Source of the DNA: Minisyncoccota bacterium
GTDB lineage: Bacteria; Patescibacteriota; Minisyncoccia; Phycocordibacterales; UBA9973
Direction: 5' to 3'
Length of the DNA stretch: 59,075 nt
NCBI GenBank assembly: GCA_035491955.1
Contig: DATJJU010000012.1
Span: forward strand, 1-59,075
Below the pieces are notes generated by a model, which was given only the letters and a program-made list of their open reading frames with translations, made no database searches and was not told the DNA's origin. Positions 35,790 to 44,815 of this stretch are shown here, one piece after another (the stretch's first letter is position 1; each line of letters begins with the position of its first letter). A program made the position numbers and the translations under genes.

Positions 35790-35819
35790 AAATATCCCCG
35801 CATGCGGGGATATTTTGTT
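35790..35819 (+). terminator. Rho-independent terminator after the pilin gene
   Basis: AATATCCCCGC/GCGGGGATATT 11-bp stem (35791-35801/35804-35814), then TTTGTTTT. Confidence 0.75.
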
Positions 35820-35852
35820 TTATATTGAGAGAATAATTGATACAATAGAACT

Positions 35853-36644
35853 ATGTTTCTCATACCAATCGGTATATTCATCTTTGGTCTTATTATTGGA
35901 AGCTTCTTGAATGTTGTGATCTTGCGCATGAATACTGGCCGCAGTATTGCCAGTGGGCGTTCTGCCTGTATGCGCTGTAATGCTACCTTGTCATGGTATG
36001 AGCTTATACCGGTTTTTTCTTATCTTGGCCTGCGAGGGAAGTGCGCGAAATGTAAAAACCACATTTCATTTCAATATCCAATCGTAGAACTTATTACGGC
36101 TATTATTTTTACCATACTATATACGACGGTTATTGCCGCTCATGGCTTTACCCTGATTTCTCTCCTTGTGTTGATCTTTGAAATGAAAGTAGCATCGATT
36201 TTGATTGTTATTTTTGTTTACGATATCAAGCATACAATCATTCCCGATATGATGGTCTATCTTTTTATCGTTCTTTCTTTGGTAGGAATACTCTGGCAAG
36301 TCTTCACTTTTCCAGGTTTTCAAGCTGGTTTGGCACTCTTTGATGGTGTATTGGTGGCACTGCCATTCTTCTTGCTCTGGGCATTTTCAAAAGGCCGAGC
36401 TATGGGCTTCGGCGATGTGAAGCTCGCACTCGGCATTGGCTGGCTGCTTGGCTTGGTCGGAGGCTTTAGTGCTGTCATCTTTTCATTTTGGATCGGTGCT
36501 ATCGTCGGACTCTTTCTTTTGGGTGTTACTCGTAAATATCACATGCGCTCTCAAGTGCCGTTCGCGCCATTTTTGATCATCGCGACATTTATCGTCGGCG
36601 TATGGGGCGTTACTATTTTCTCTTTATTTGGCATATGGATGTAA
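35853..36644 (+). CDS. pilD: Prepilin peptidase PilD (A24 family)
   Basis: N-terminal Cys motifs CMRC...CAKC, polytopic, GFGDVKL catalytic Asp motif. Confidence 0.9.
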   Translation: MFLIPIGIFIFGLIIGSFLNVVILRMNTGRSIASGRSACMRCNATLSWYELIPVFSYLGLRGKCAKCKNHISFQYPIVELITAIIFTILYTTVIAAHGFTLISLLVLIFEMKVASILIVIFVYDIKHTIIPDMMVYLFIVLSLVGILWQVFTFPGFQAGLALFDGVLVALPFFLLWAFSKGRAMGFGDVKLALGIGWLLGLVGGFSAVIFSFWIGAIVGLFLLGVTRKYHMRSQVPFAPFLIIATFIVGVWGVTIFSLFGIWM

Positions 36645-37294
36645 TAAAACAGAAAGCAAAAGAGAGAGGCTTTACATTGATTGAAATGCTTATTGTGGTA
36701 GCAATCTTCGCTGTCGTGGCTACAGTCTTGCTTTTCCATTATTCTGATTTCAATACTGCTATTGCAGTGAGAGACTTAGCTCAGGAGATGGGACTCAGTG
36801 TTCGTAAAGCGCAAACATATGCGACTAGTGTGCGCAGTATCGATGGCGGCGGCGGTATTTTGAGTGATACATTTCCGGCATACGGCGTCAGCTTCTCAAC
36901 GAACACTACTGCTGCCACGCTGTATGATCCAACCAATGCCAGCTTCACGCTCTTTGTTGATGCATCGGCGAGCAGTAATACCACCACTAATAATGAATTC
37001 GATAATAACGGCACCTGCGGTTCTCCGGCTATCAACCAAGAATGTATTGAAAGCTTCGGTATCACAGCAAGTGACAAGATTAAATCATTGGTGGTATTAA
37101 AAAATGGCGTGCAGACTAACGCGCAAACAGTGGATGTAGTATTTCATCGTCCTAACCCTGATGCAATAATCTGTGTGCCAAATGGCAATCCGCAATGTCC
37201 AGTCTATGATGGTCTTATTATCACTGTTGTTTCTCCAAAGTTTGTAACTCGCACTATTACTGTGTGGAATACCGGTCAAATAAATGTCAATTAA
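36635..37294 (+). CDS. Minor pilin / pseudopilin
   Basis: KERG-FTLIEMLIVVAIFAVVA prepilin signal. ATG 36635 overlaps the pilD end by 10 nt. Confidence 0.75.
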   Translation: MDVIKQKAKERGFTLIEMLIVVAIFAVVATVLLFHYSDFNTAIAVRDLAQEMGLSVRKAQTYATSVRSIDGGGGILSDTFPAYGVSFSTNTTAATLYDPTNASFTLFVDASASSNTTTNNEFDNNGTCGSPAINQECIESFGITASDKIKSLVVLKNGVQTNAQTVDVVFHRPNPDAIICVPNGNPQCPVYDGLIITVVSPKFVTRTITVWNTGQINVN

Positions 37295-37295
37295 T

Positions 37296-37901
37296 ATGAA
37301 CAAAAAATCACTACAAGCAGGATTTACATTGGTTGAATTGCTGGTCTCACTAGCACTCTTCACAGTTATTGTTGTAGCAGCAGTCGGTTCACTCTATACC
37401 ATCAACCAAGCTTCTCAACGTGTCAGTGCTATGCGCACTGTGCTGGATAATTTGAACTTTGCCACAGAATCTATGAGTCGTACTATTCGTACAGGGTCTA
37501 CACTCGTCTGCGGAGGAGTCAGTAATGGCACAGGCAAACCAAATTGTCCTTTTGGTAACAGTAATGGTGCTGCTCAAGAAATTTCACTTACTAGTACGCT
37601 TCCTGGAAGTCTTGGAGGTCTTGATTATCGTCGCGTCACAATACCAGGCAGCACCAATGGCGCCCATGAAATACAAAAATGTGTATTGAATACAGACGGA
37701 TCCCTCAATACTAATAACTGTGTGGCTATTACTTCTCCCCAGATCAATGTTACGCAGCTGTATTTCTATGTTGATGGAGTCGGTGTCAGCGGAGGGCAGC
37801 CAAGTGTTACAATGATTATGCAAGGCGTAGCGAATGCGGGAGGAAGTAATATTGCTCCGTTTGCTGTACAATCATTTATTTCTCAACGAGCAGCGCAATA
37901 G
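37296..37901 (+). CDS. Minor pilin / pseudopilin
   Basis: MNKKSLQAG-FTLVELLVSLALFTVIV. The start lies 1 nt after the previous stop (alternative ATG 37284). Confidence 0.75.
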   Translation: MNKKSLQAGFTLVELLVSLALFTVIVVAAVGSLYTINQASQRVSAMRTVLDNLNFATESMSRTIRTGSTLVCGGVSNGTGKPNCPFGNSNGAAQEISLTSTLPGSLGGLDYRRVTIPGSTNGAHEIQKCVLNTDGSLNTNNCVAITSPQINVTQLYFYVDGVGVSGGQPSVTMIMQGVANAGGSNIAPFAVQSFISQRAAQ

Positions 37902-37902
37902 T

Positions 37903-38508
37903 ATGAAAAAAATTTTTAAACAAGCACAAAAGGGCCTGCCCTCCCATTGCGAAGCCTCGGGAGGGTTTACACTCATAGAAACATTGATCGCTATCTTTAT
38001 TTTGACGTTGACGGTCGGCGGCTTGCTGACACTTGCAGCCGGAGGATATTTCTCAGTGCGTTATGCTCGCAATCAAATCGTAGCAGACAATCTTATTCAG
38101 GAATCTCTAGAGTATATTCGCAATACTCGCGATGGTGCAGCCCAAGCAGGCAGCGGCTTTTGGCAGACATGGCAAAATCAATATACAAGTTGCCAAACAA
38201 GCTCCGGTTGTATTATTGATCCGTACACCACTACCGCTAATGCCCATGTCCAAGCCTGCCCAAGCTCTGGCTGTCCTGCTATTACATTTTGGCCAAGCGT
38301 AGGATTCTATGGATATAAAACACACAGCTATGCCAACATTGGCCAGGGTGGCTCTAGTCCTTATGATACGAGCTATATTAGAACTGTGACTATGAAAGCC
38401 GGAAGTAATCCTGATGAGGTGGTCGTGACAGCGTCTATGACATGGTTTAATGGCAGCAGTCAGAAGAGTGCATCGCAGTCGATCTTGCTCGCTAACTGGA
38501 ATTTTTAG
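37903..38508 (+). CDS. Minor pilin / pseudopilin
   Basis: ...ASGG-FTLIETLIAIFILTL prepilin signal with a longer leader. ATG lies 1 nt after the previous stop. Confidence 0.7.
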   Translation: MKKIFKQAQKGLPSHCEASGGFTLIETLIAIFILTLTVGGLLTLAAGGYFSVRYARNQIVADNLIQESLEYIRNTRDGAAQAGSGFWQTWQNQYTSCQTSSGCIIDPYTTTANAHVQACPSSGCPAITFWPSVGFYGYKTHSYANIGQGGSSPYDTSYIRTVTMKAGSNPDEVVVTASMTWFNGSSQKSASQSILLANWNF

Positions 38509-38509
38509 T

Positions 38510-39019
38510 ATGAAGAAATTTTTTAAACAAATGAAAAAGAACTTGTCTTCTCGAGGATTCGCGATGCTTTTCACTGTTTTGATAGTCTCGCTGATGCTTG
38601 CTATTGGCCTTGGTATTTCTGATCTGACATTCAAACAAACCATTCTTTCAAGCTTGGCCCGCGACTCACAGCTGGCTTTCTACCAAGCAGACTCCGGAGT
38701 AGAATGCGGCATGTACTATAGTGAAAATCTTGGACAATTTCCTCGAGGTACATTGGTTCAAGAAGATCAAAATAATCCCAATGGTGGTGCAGCCCCTCGC
38801 TCTATCAATTGCGGTAATAATAGTGCTTCATTGGTACCCGAGCAAAGCTATACTGATTATTTCGTGTATCAAGAGAAGGTGGCAACAGGAAACTTGCCCT
38901 GCTTCTCAATCATTTTTGATAAGACAGATGCTGTAAAAAATATCATCAGCTCCCGCGGCTTCAGTACGTGCTCCAGTACGGCCCAGCAGGTGGAACGCGG
39001 ACTAAGTGTGACATACTAG
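38510..39019 (+). CDS. PilX-like minor pilin (no Glu+5)
   Basis: MKKFFKQMKKNLSSRG-FAMLFTVLIVSLML. ATG lies 1 nt after the previous stop. Confidence 0.6.
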   Translation: MKKFFKQMKKNLSSRGFAMLFTVLIVSLMLAIGLGISDLTFKQTILSSLARDSQLAFYQADSGVECGMYYSENLGQFPRGTLVQEDQNNPNGGAAPRSINCGNNSASLVPEQSYTDYFVYQEKVATGNLPCFSIIFDKTDAVKNIISSRGFSTCSSTAQQVERGLSVTY

Positions 39020-39023
39020 TACT

Positions 39024-41033
39024 ATGACCCCAAAAGAAGGAAAAGAGAGATTGGAAAAGCTGCAGCATCAGATCACTGATTTGCGTTTTCGCTATCACGT
39101 AGAAAATGACCCTACCGTCACTGACGATGTCTACGAATCATTGATACGCGAGGCCAAGGCTCTTGAAAAAGATTTCCCGCAGTATGCTATTTCACAAGAG
39201 TTTGATCGTGTAGCAGGAGCACCGCTCAGTGTTTTCACAAAGGTTACTCATGCATCACGCATGCTTTCACTCAATGATGTCTTTAGCGTCGACGAGCTCA
39301 AGGAATGGAGTGCCCGCATGGAGCGTCTTTTGAATAATGCACCGCACCACTATTTTGCAGAAGTGAAATTGGACGGCTTGGCTGTAACCTTGAAGTACGA
39401 GAATGGAAAACTTACGCAAGCTGCAACGCGAGGCGACGGCTTTGTAGGGGAGGATATTACGGAGAATGCGAAAATGGTGCGGACCATACCATTGCAGCTG
39501 ACCGCACCATTTCCTCCTTCTATCGAAGTGCGCGGTGAAATCATCATGCGCAAGTCAGTCTTGGCCAAGCTCAATGCTATACAACAAAAAGCTGGCAAGA
39601 CACTTTTTGCCAATACTCGCAATGCCGCAGCAGGATCTGTTCGCCAGCTTGATCCGCAATTGGTAAAAGATCGCCAGTTGGATTTTTTTGCATATGATTT
39701 ACTTGGCGACCTGGTCGCCAAGAGGCACTCTGAAAAGCATGCACTGTTAAGAAAACTTGGTTTGCCAGTAGTGGCTGACGAAAAAGAGGCAGGTACTGTT
39801 GAAGCACTACTTCCATTCATAGATAGTATTGCCAAGAAGCGCGATAGTTTGGGATTCAATATAGACGGCATTGTTATCAGTGTAGACGAAACCGCGCTGC
39901 AAGATACGCTCGGCATTGTCGGCAAAGCTCCACGATATATGACTGCTTTTAAATATCCGGCTGAACGTGTCACAACAGTAGTAAAAGATATTACAGTGAA
40001 TGTTGGTCGTACAGGAGTACTGACTCCGCTTGCTCATTTTGAACCAGTACTCGTAGCAGGTTCTACTGTTTCAAAATCTACGCTCCATAATATTGATCAA
40101 ATCAATCGTCTTGATATCCGCATTGGCGATACTGTTGTTATTCAAAAGGCAGGGGATGTGATACCAGAAGTGGTGCAGGTCTTGAAAGATTTGCGCACGG
40201 GCAAAGAAAAGAAATTTGTTATGCCGAAGAAATGTCCGGTCTGCGGCTTTCCTGTAGAGCAACGTGAAGCGCAAAGTAAAAAAGAAGAGACTGTCGCATT
40301 TTACTGTACGAACGATGACTGTCCGGCCAAGCATACACGTGGCATGATCCACTTCGTCCATATGATGGACATTTATGAAGTCGGTCCAAAAATTATTGAT
40401 CGCTTGCAGGAAGAAGGTTTGATCAATGATGCAGCAGATCTGTTTGCATTAACAGAAGCGGATCTGAGTGGCTTAGAGCGTTTCGGTGAAAAGAGTGCAC
40501 AGAATATTATTGCTGCTATCACTGATAAAAAACAGCCCCCACTTGATCGCTTTATTGCCTCACTCGGTATTAGTAATGTTGGTACGGAAACTGCGCGAGA
40601 TATTGCATTACACTTCGGCAGCTTTGAAAAATTCTGGGAAGCGAAAGGCGAAGAGTTTGATAGCATTCCTAATATCGGTCCTGCTGTCGTGGAAAGCATC
40701 ACTGAATACCGTAACCGAGAATCATCAAAAAATCTTATTAAAAAATTATTTGATAACGGCGTGAAGCCGAAGGCCCTGAGCATAGCGAAAGGGAAGGGAA
40801 TATTCTCCGGCATGACTGTCGTGCTCACCGGTACTCTGGCAACAATGAGCCGTGAAAAAGCCAAAGAAATTATCCAATCTCAAGGGGGTAAAGTGACTGG
40901 CAGCGTCTCAGCCTCTACTTCTCTTGTCGTCGCTGGCGAAAAACCTGGCAGCAAATATACCGATGCGCAAAAATTGGGTGTAAAAACTGTAGATGAAGAG
41001 GGATTTTTGAAGATGGTAAAAGGTCTGGTATAG
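39024..41033 (+). CDS. ligA: NAD-dependent DNA ligase LigA
   Basis: Adenylation motif KLDG, OB fold, Zn finger CPVCG...C.N..CPA, HhH repeats, C-terminal BRCT. Confidence 0.95.
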   Translation: MTPKEGKERLEKLQHQITDLRFRYHVENDPTVTDDVYESLIREAKALEKDFPQYAISQEFDRVAGAPLSVFTKVTHASRMLSLNDVFSVDELKEWSARMERLLNNAPHHYFAEVKLDGLAVTLKYENGKLTQAATRGDGFVGEDITENAKMVRTIPLQLTAPFPPSIEVRGEIIMRKSVLAKLNAIQQKAGKTLFANTRNAAAGSVRQLDPQLVKDRQLDFFAYDLLGDLVAKRHSEKHALLRKLGLPVVADEKEAGTVEALLPFIDSIAKKRDSLGFNIDGIVISVDETALQDTLGIVGKAPRYMTAFKYPAERVTTVVKDITVNVGRTGVLTPLAHFEPVLVAGSTVSKSTLHNIDQINRLDIRIGDTVVIQKAGDVIPEVVQVLKDLRTGKEKKFVMPKKCPVCGFPVEQREAQSKKEETVAFYCTNDDCPAKHTRGMIHFVHMMDIYEVGPKIIDRLQEEGLINDAADLFALTEADLSGLERFGEKSAQNIIAAITDKKQPPLDRFIASLGISNVGTETARDIALHFGSFEKFWEAKGEEFDSIPNIGPAVVESITEYRNRESSKNLIKKLFDNGVKPKALSIAKGKGIFSGMTVVLTGTLATMSREKAKEIIQSQGGKVTGSVSASTSLVVAGEKPGSKYTDAQKLGVKTVDEEGFLKMVKGLV

Positions 41034-41042
41034 TGAATAGAC

Positions 41043-41327
41043 ATGAGTAATCTCACTAAAGACGACATTAAAAGACTGGCGAATTTGGCACGTTTGAGTG
41101 TGCCGGAGGAGGAAATGGACAGTGTAGCCCAGGATATCGATACTATCCTTGGCTTTGTCGATACGATTCAATCAGTGCAGCTTGGCGACCAGGTCGCTGA
41201 TATTCAAGACGAAGTAAATGTTTTTCGAGAAGACACGGTCAATCCACTTACTCCTGAGTATGATCTTATAGAAGCAGCACCATTGCATCAGGATCATTTT
41301 GTAAAAGTGCCAAAGGTTATTGAATAG
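41043..41327 (+). CDS. gatC: Glu/Asp-tRNA amidotransferase subunit C
   Basis: 94 aa. I..LA.LARL.....E...........IL.FV..I pattern, directly upstream of gatA. Confidence 0.85.
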   Translation: MSNLTKDDIKRLANLARLSVPEEEMDSVAQDIDTILGFVDTIQSVQLGDQVADIQDEVNVFREDTVNPLTPEYDLIEAAPLHQDHFVKVPKVIE

Positions 41328-41330
41328 ACT

Positions 41331-42722
41331 ATGGAATATAAGGGAATGGAAGAATTGCATAAGAAAATTGTCTCAGGAGAAATTCTTGTTCGTGATGTTG
41401 TGAAAGAATATGTTGCTCGTGCAAAGGCCAGTGACTTGAATGCGTTTCGAGAAATTTTTTCTGATGAAGATATTGCAGCACAGGTGGCAGTAGCAGAAAA
41501 GATGTTTGCTGACGGCACTGCGACTATGCTCACTGGCATGCCGATTGCACTGAAAGACAATATTTTGTTTGCTGGGCATGTGGTGAGCAGTAGTTCAAAA
41601 ATGTTGGAGCACTATGTCGCTTCATATGATGCCACTGTTATCGAAAAAATTAAAAAAGTTGGTGGTGTGATTATCGGTCGAACAAATATGGATGAATTTG
41701 CCATGGGTTCTTCTACTGAGAACTCAGCATTTGGCGTGACAAAAAATCCTCACGATACGACCAAAGTACCAGGCGGTTCATCTGGCGGTTCTGCTGCAGC
41801 AGTAGCGGCTGATTTATGTGTTGTTGCATTTGGTTCTGATACTGGAGGATCTATCCGACAGCCTGCAGCGTTTTGCGGCATTGTCGGACTACTTCCTACA
41901 TACGGCAGCGTGTCCCGTCACGGTCTTTCGGCTATGGGCTCATCGCTCGATGTTATTGGTCCAATGGCGCACAGCGTAGCGGATGCAGAAATTTTTTATA
42001 ATACATTCAAGGGCCGTGATCAGTATGACAGTACTTCTCGAGAAGGGAATGGCAATAAGCCTTTGAAAAAGAAACTAGCTATGCCGAAATTTGATCGCAG
42101 CGGCGTTGATGTGGAATTGCTTAAAAATTTTGAAGCAATGATAGAGAAGTTAAAAAGTGAAGGATTTACTATTGATGAAGTTGACCTTCCGCACTTCGCT
42201 GACGCATTGGCTGTCTACTATATATTGATGCCAGCAGAAGTGTCTTCAAACTTGGCACGACTAGACGGTATTCGCTATGGCGATCGTGCAGAGAGCGCAT
42301 CAATTCATGATGTCTATGGCGATACGCGCGGAGCACTCTTCGGCAAAGAAACTCGTCGTCGTATTCTTCTTGGCACCTACGTGCTGTCTCACGGCTACTA
42401 CGATGCCTATTACAACAAAGCTGTAGCATTGCGTGGCATCATTCGCAAAGAGCTTGAAGAAGTACTGCAAAATTATGACGCTATCATTACTCCGACCACG
42501 CCGACACCAGCTTTTGGTATTGGAGAAAAAGTCGACGATCCGGTCAGTATGTATCTCTCTGATTTGTTTACAGTGCCGGCTAATATCGCACAACATCCAG
42601 CTCTGTCTATTCCTTCAGGGAAAAATAGTGCAGGCTTGCCGTTCGGTATTCAATTTATCGGTCCTCGTTTTGCGGAAGATACACTCTTTGCGCTTGGCAA
42701 GATCATAGAGAATATACGATAA
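41331..42722 (+). CDS. gatA: Glu/Asp-tRNA amidotransferase subunit A
   Basis: Amidase signature GGSSGGSAAAVAA and catalytic GSDTGGSIRQPA. Confidence 0.95.
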   Translation: MEYKGMEELHKKIVSGEILVRDVVKEYVARAKASDLNAFREIFSDEDIAAQVAVAEKMFADGTATMLTGMPIALKDNILFAGHVVSSSSKMLEHYVASYDATVIEKIKKVGGVIIGRTNMDEFAMGSSTENSAFGVTKNPHDTTKVPGGSSGGSAAAVAADLCVVAFGSDTGGSIRQPAAFCGIVGLLPTYGSVSRHGLSAMGSSLDVIGPMAHSVADAEIFYNTFKGRDQYDSTSREGNGNKPLKKKLAMPKFDRSGVDVELLKNFEAMIEKLKSEGFTIDEVDLPHFADALAVYYILMPAEVSSNLARLDGIRYGDRAESASIHDVYGDTRGALFGKETRRRILLGTYVLSHGYYDAYYNKAVALRGIIRKELEEVLQNYDAIITPTTPTPAFGIGEKVDDPVSMYLSDLFTVPANIAQHPALSIPSGKNSAGLPFGIQFIGPRFAEDTLFALGKIIENIR

Positions 42723-42729
42723 TACAGGG

Positions 42730-43308
42730 GTGCAACCAACCTTCTATCAAATACAGCCGAAGTGGATAAACCTCGATAGTTTTTTTGCGCTCATCGGCAA
42801 CATCATTAAGTGGATCTTGTCGATACATTTTTTTGCCTTCATGTATATTCTCACCACTCTCGTTATCATTGCGCTTATTACGCTGATACTGTTTATGCTC
42901 GTGCGTTTGAGTGAAATCAAAAAGGATAAAGAAAAGAAAAAGGCTATGGTGGCGGCTACCATACAACCTGTTGCTCAAGCGGGTGTTTCAACTGGTAATG
43001 ATACCTGGCACAGTATTCGTGAACGATTGCTCTCCAATAACGATAGTGACTGGAAGCTCGCCATTATCGAAGCCGACATCTATCTTGATAAAATTTTGGA
43101 TAACAAAGGCTTTCACGGCGATACAACCAGCGACAAATTGAAACAAATTACCCCGGCTATTTTGCCGTCTATTGTTATGGCATGGGAAGCCCATAAAGTT
43201 CGCAATCGCATTGCTCACCAAGGTTCATCATTTGTGCTGACAATGCCGGAAGCGCGCAAAGTCTTATCATATTTCGAAATGGTTTTTACTGATTTAGGAG
43301 TAATTTAA
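42730..43308 (+). CDS. Membrane-anchored protein with a HEPN-like C-terminal domain
   Basis: GTG start, two N-terminal TM helices, and a C-terminal helical domain with AHKVRNRIAHQG (R-N-x-x-x-H at 43201-43218). Confidence 0.45.
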   Translation: MQPTFYQIQPKWINLDSFFALIGNIIKWILSIHFFAFMYILTTLVIIALITLILFMLVRLSEIKKDKEKKKAMVAATIQPVAQAGVSTGNDTWHSIRERLLSNNDSDWKLAIIEADIYLDKILDNKGFHGDTTSDKLKQITPAILPSIVMAWEAHKVRNRIAHQGSSFVLTMPEARKVLSYFEMVFTDLGVI

Positions 43309-43363
43309 GAAATCCTTAACTTGCATTTATTTAAATGCAGTTGTACAATCCAAACCTACACAT

Positions 43364-43434
43364 CGCGGGGTGGAGAAGTGGCATCTCGTAAGGCTCATAA
43401 CCTTAAGGCCCAGGTTCGATTCCTGGCCCCGCAA
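43364..43434 (+). tRNA. Initiator tRNA-fMet (CAT)
   Basis: C1 x A72 mismatch (CGCGGGG / CCCCGCA), anticodon arm TAAGG-CTCATAA-CCTTA, T loop TTCGATT, discriminator A. Confidence 0.8.
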
Positions 43435-43522
43435 CAATAAAACCCCCCATAGGTCCGACCTGTGGGAGGACAAGTATCGTGACAATATTCCAATTTATGA
43501 TATATTCTTGAGGCTATCAGCA

Positions 43523-43549
43523 CTTGTCGGCGTAGCTGTCTTGGTTAGA
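43523..43549 (+). pseudogene. 5' fragment duplicate of the downstream tRNA-Met gene
   Basis: 43523-43537 is identical to 43596-43610 (cttgtcggcgtagct). The next 12 nt match 9/12 (D arm), after which similarity ends. Confidence 0.5.
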
Positions 43550-43598
43550 TTCCGCGAAGCCGAACATGTATAGTAAAGTAGGAGAAAGATATACTCTT

Positions 43599-43675
43599 GT
43601 CGGCGTAGCTCAGTTGGTTAGAGCGTAGCACTCATAAAGCTAAGGTCGGAGGATCGTTCCCTCCCGCCGACACCA
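43599..43675 (+). tRNA. tRNA with CAT anticodon (elongator Met, or Ile2 if lysidinylated), CCA encoded, atypical T loop
   Basis: Acceptor GTCGGCG/CGCCGAC, anticodon arm TAGCA-CTCATAA-AGCTA (31-39 A:A mismatch), T arm GGAGG-ATCGTTC-CCTCC (A54/T58 instead of T54/A58), ACCA end. Confidence 0.7.
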
Positions 43676-43717
43676 TATCAGCCCGGCTGATATAATAGAA
43701 TAATCGCAATTAATATT

Positions 43718-43791
43718 GCGGACGTAGCTCAACTGGTTAGAGCACCCGCCTGTCACGCGGGAGGTTACGGGTTCAAGTCCCGCCGTTCGCG
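43718..43791 (+). tRNA. tRNA-Asp (GTC)
   Basis: Acceptor GCGGACG/CGTTCGC, anticodon arm CCCGC-CTGTCAC-GCGGG, T loop TTCAAGT, discriminator G. Confidence 0.85.
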
Positions 43792-43875
43792 CAAAATTTT
43801 AAACCTTAGCCCCCACAGTGAGTAAAGATTTTATTGAGGCTTAACAAAATAAATGATTTATTGTATAAATGCGAT

Positions 43876-44322
43876 ATGAAAAATAAAACTTTCCCTATGC
43901 TTCTTATTCTTATAATTATTGCATTGGCTACCTATATTGTTGTTGGGCAAAAACATCTTTTTAATTTACTGCCGCAATCTTTCACTGTTAAATTAGGTGC
44001 TACAGATTCAAGTGCTTCTGGTTCTAGTAGTTACACCTGGGTACTGAGTTTCAACGGCAACACTTTAACAAATGCAGTCGAACACTACTCTGTTGGCAGA
44101 GTTGGTTTTACTGGTTCAGGAGATTGTAATTTTCAGAACGGAACTTGGGTAGAACAAGGAACAGAAGATGCCTGTAAAGATGACGGAACCTCTTTATTTG
44201 GTATTCCATTAAATCGCACTAATCTCGAACAGAAGATTAGGAATGGTGTATTTGTAAAAGGAAATCCTGACAATTGTGGAGCAGATGTTGCCGGGGCTTC
44301 TCCTTGCTATCAAATAAATTAA
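43876..44322 (+). CDS. Hypothetical secreted or membrane-anchored protein
   Basis: Signal/anchor MKNKTFPMLLILIIIALATYIVV with several Cys. The ORF opens at 43834. I prefer ATG 43876 (TATAAA 6 nt upstream). Confidence 0.45.
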   Translation: MKNKTFPMLLILIIIALATYIVVGQKHLFNLLPQSFTVKLGATDSSASGSSSYTWVLSFNGNTLTNAVEHYSVGRVGFTGSGDCNFQNGTWVEQGTEDACKDDGTSLFGIPLNRTNLEQKIRNGVFVKGNPDNCGADVAGASPCYQIN

Positions 44323-44409
44323 ATCGTGCTTATTTAGTTCTCATGCCATCTGCTGTGTCGCGCAGAAAGTGATATACTAGTATTGTTACCAGGTAACAAA
44401 TTTGATTTT

Positions 44410-44679
44410 ATGTATTATGGATTTTTTGACCCATTGAGTGTTGTATTTCACGTCATTGGATGGATTCTTATTGTTTGGTTGATCGTGTGGATCATTCGCG
44501 GTGCGCGGATGCGACGCTATCACTACATGCATGGCATGCACAGCATGTGGTGCGATGGTACCAATTGTAACCATCCTTCACATGGCAGTAATGCAATGAA
44601 TGTCCTTAAAGAGCGCTTTGCAAAAGGCGAAATCAGCAAGGAAGAGTACGAAGAGCGCAAAAAGACCCTTCAGGGGTAA
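44410..44679 (+). CDS. SHOCT-domain small membrane protein
   Basis: One TM helix, a His/Met-rich linker, and a C-terminal LKERFAKGEISKEEYEERKKTL (SHOCT). An alternative TTG start lies at 44383. Confidence 0.65.
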   Translation: MYYGFFDPLSVVFHVIGWILIVWLIVWIIRGARMRRYHYMHGMHSMWCDGTNCNHPSHGSNAMNVLKERFAKGEISKEEYEERKKTLQG

Positions 44680-44681
44680 GG

Positions 44682-44705
44682 AAAAGCCCCAGAAATGGGG
44701 CTTTT
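44682..44705 (+). terminator. Rho-independent terminator
   Basis: AAAAGCCCC/GGGGCTTTT stem (44682-44690/44697-44705). Confidence 0.65.
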
Positions 44706-44712
44706 CATATGT

Positions 44713-44741
44713 TTGACAAATAAAAGCAAAGGTGTTATCAT
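44713..44741 (+). promoter_or_regulatory. Sigma-70-like promoter of the DEAD-box helicase gene
   Basis: TTGACA (44713-44718), exactly 17-nt spacer, TATCAT (44736-44741). Predicts a ~70-nt leader. Confidence 0.6.
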
Positions 44742-44815
44742 GTCGGCATTACTATAAGTATTGTGTTATTGACTATTGAGTCGTTATGACACAGTAGTAG
44801 AAATAAATAACACAT

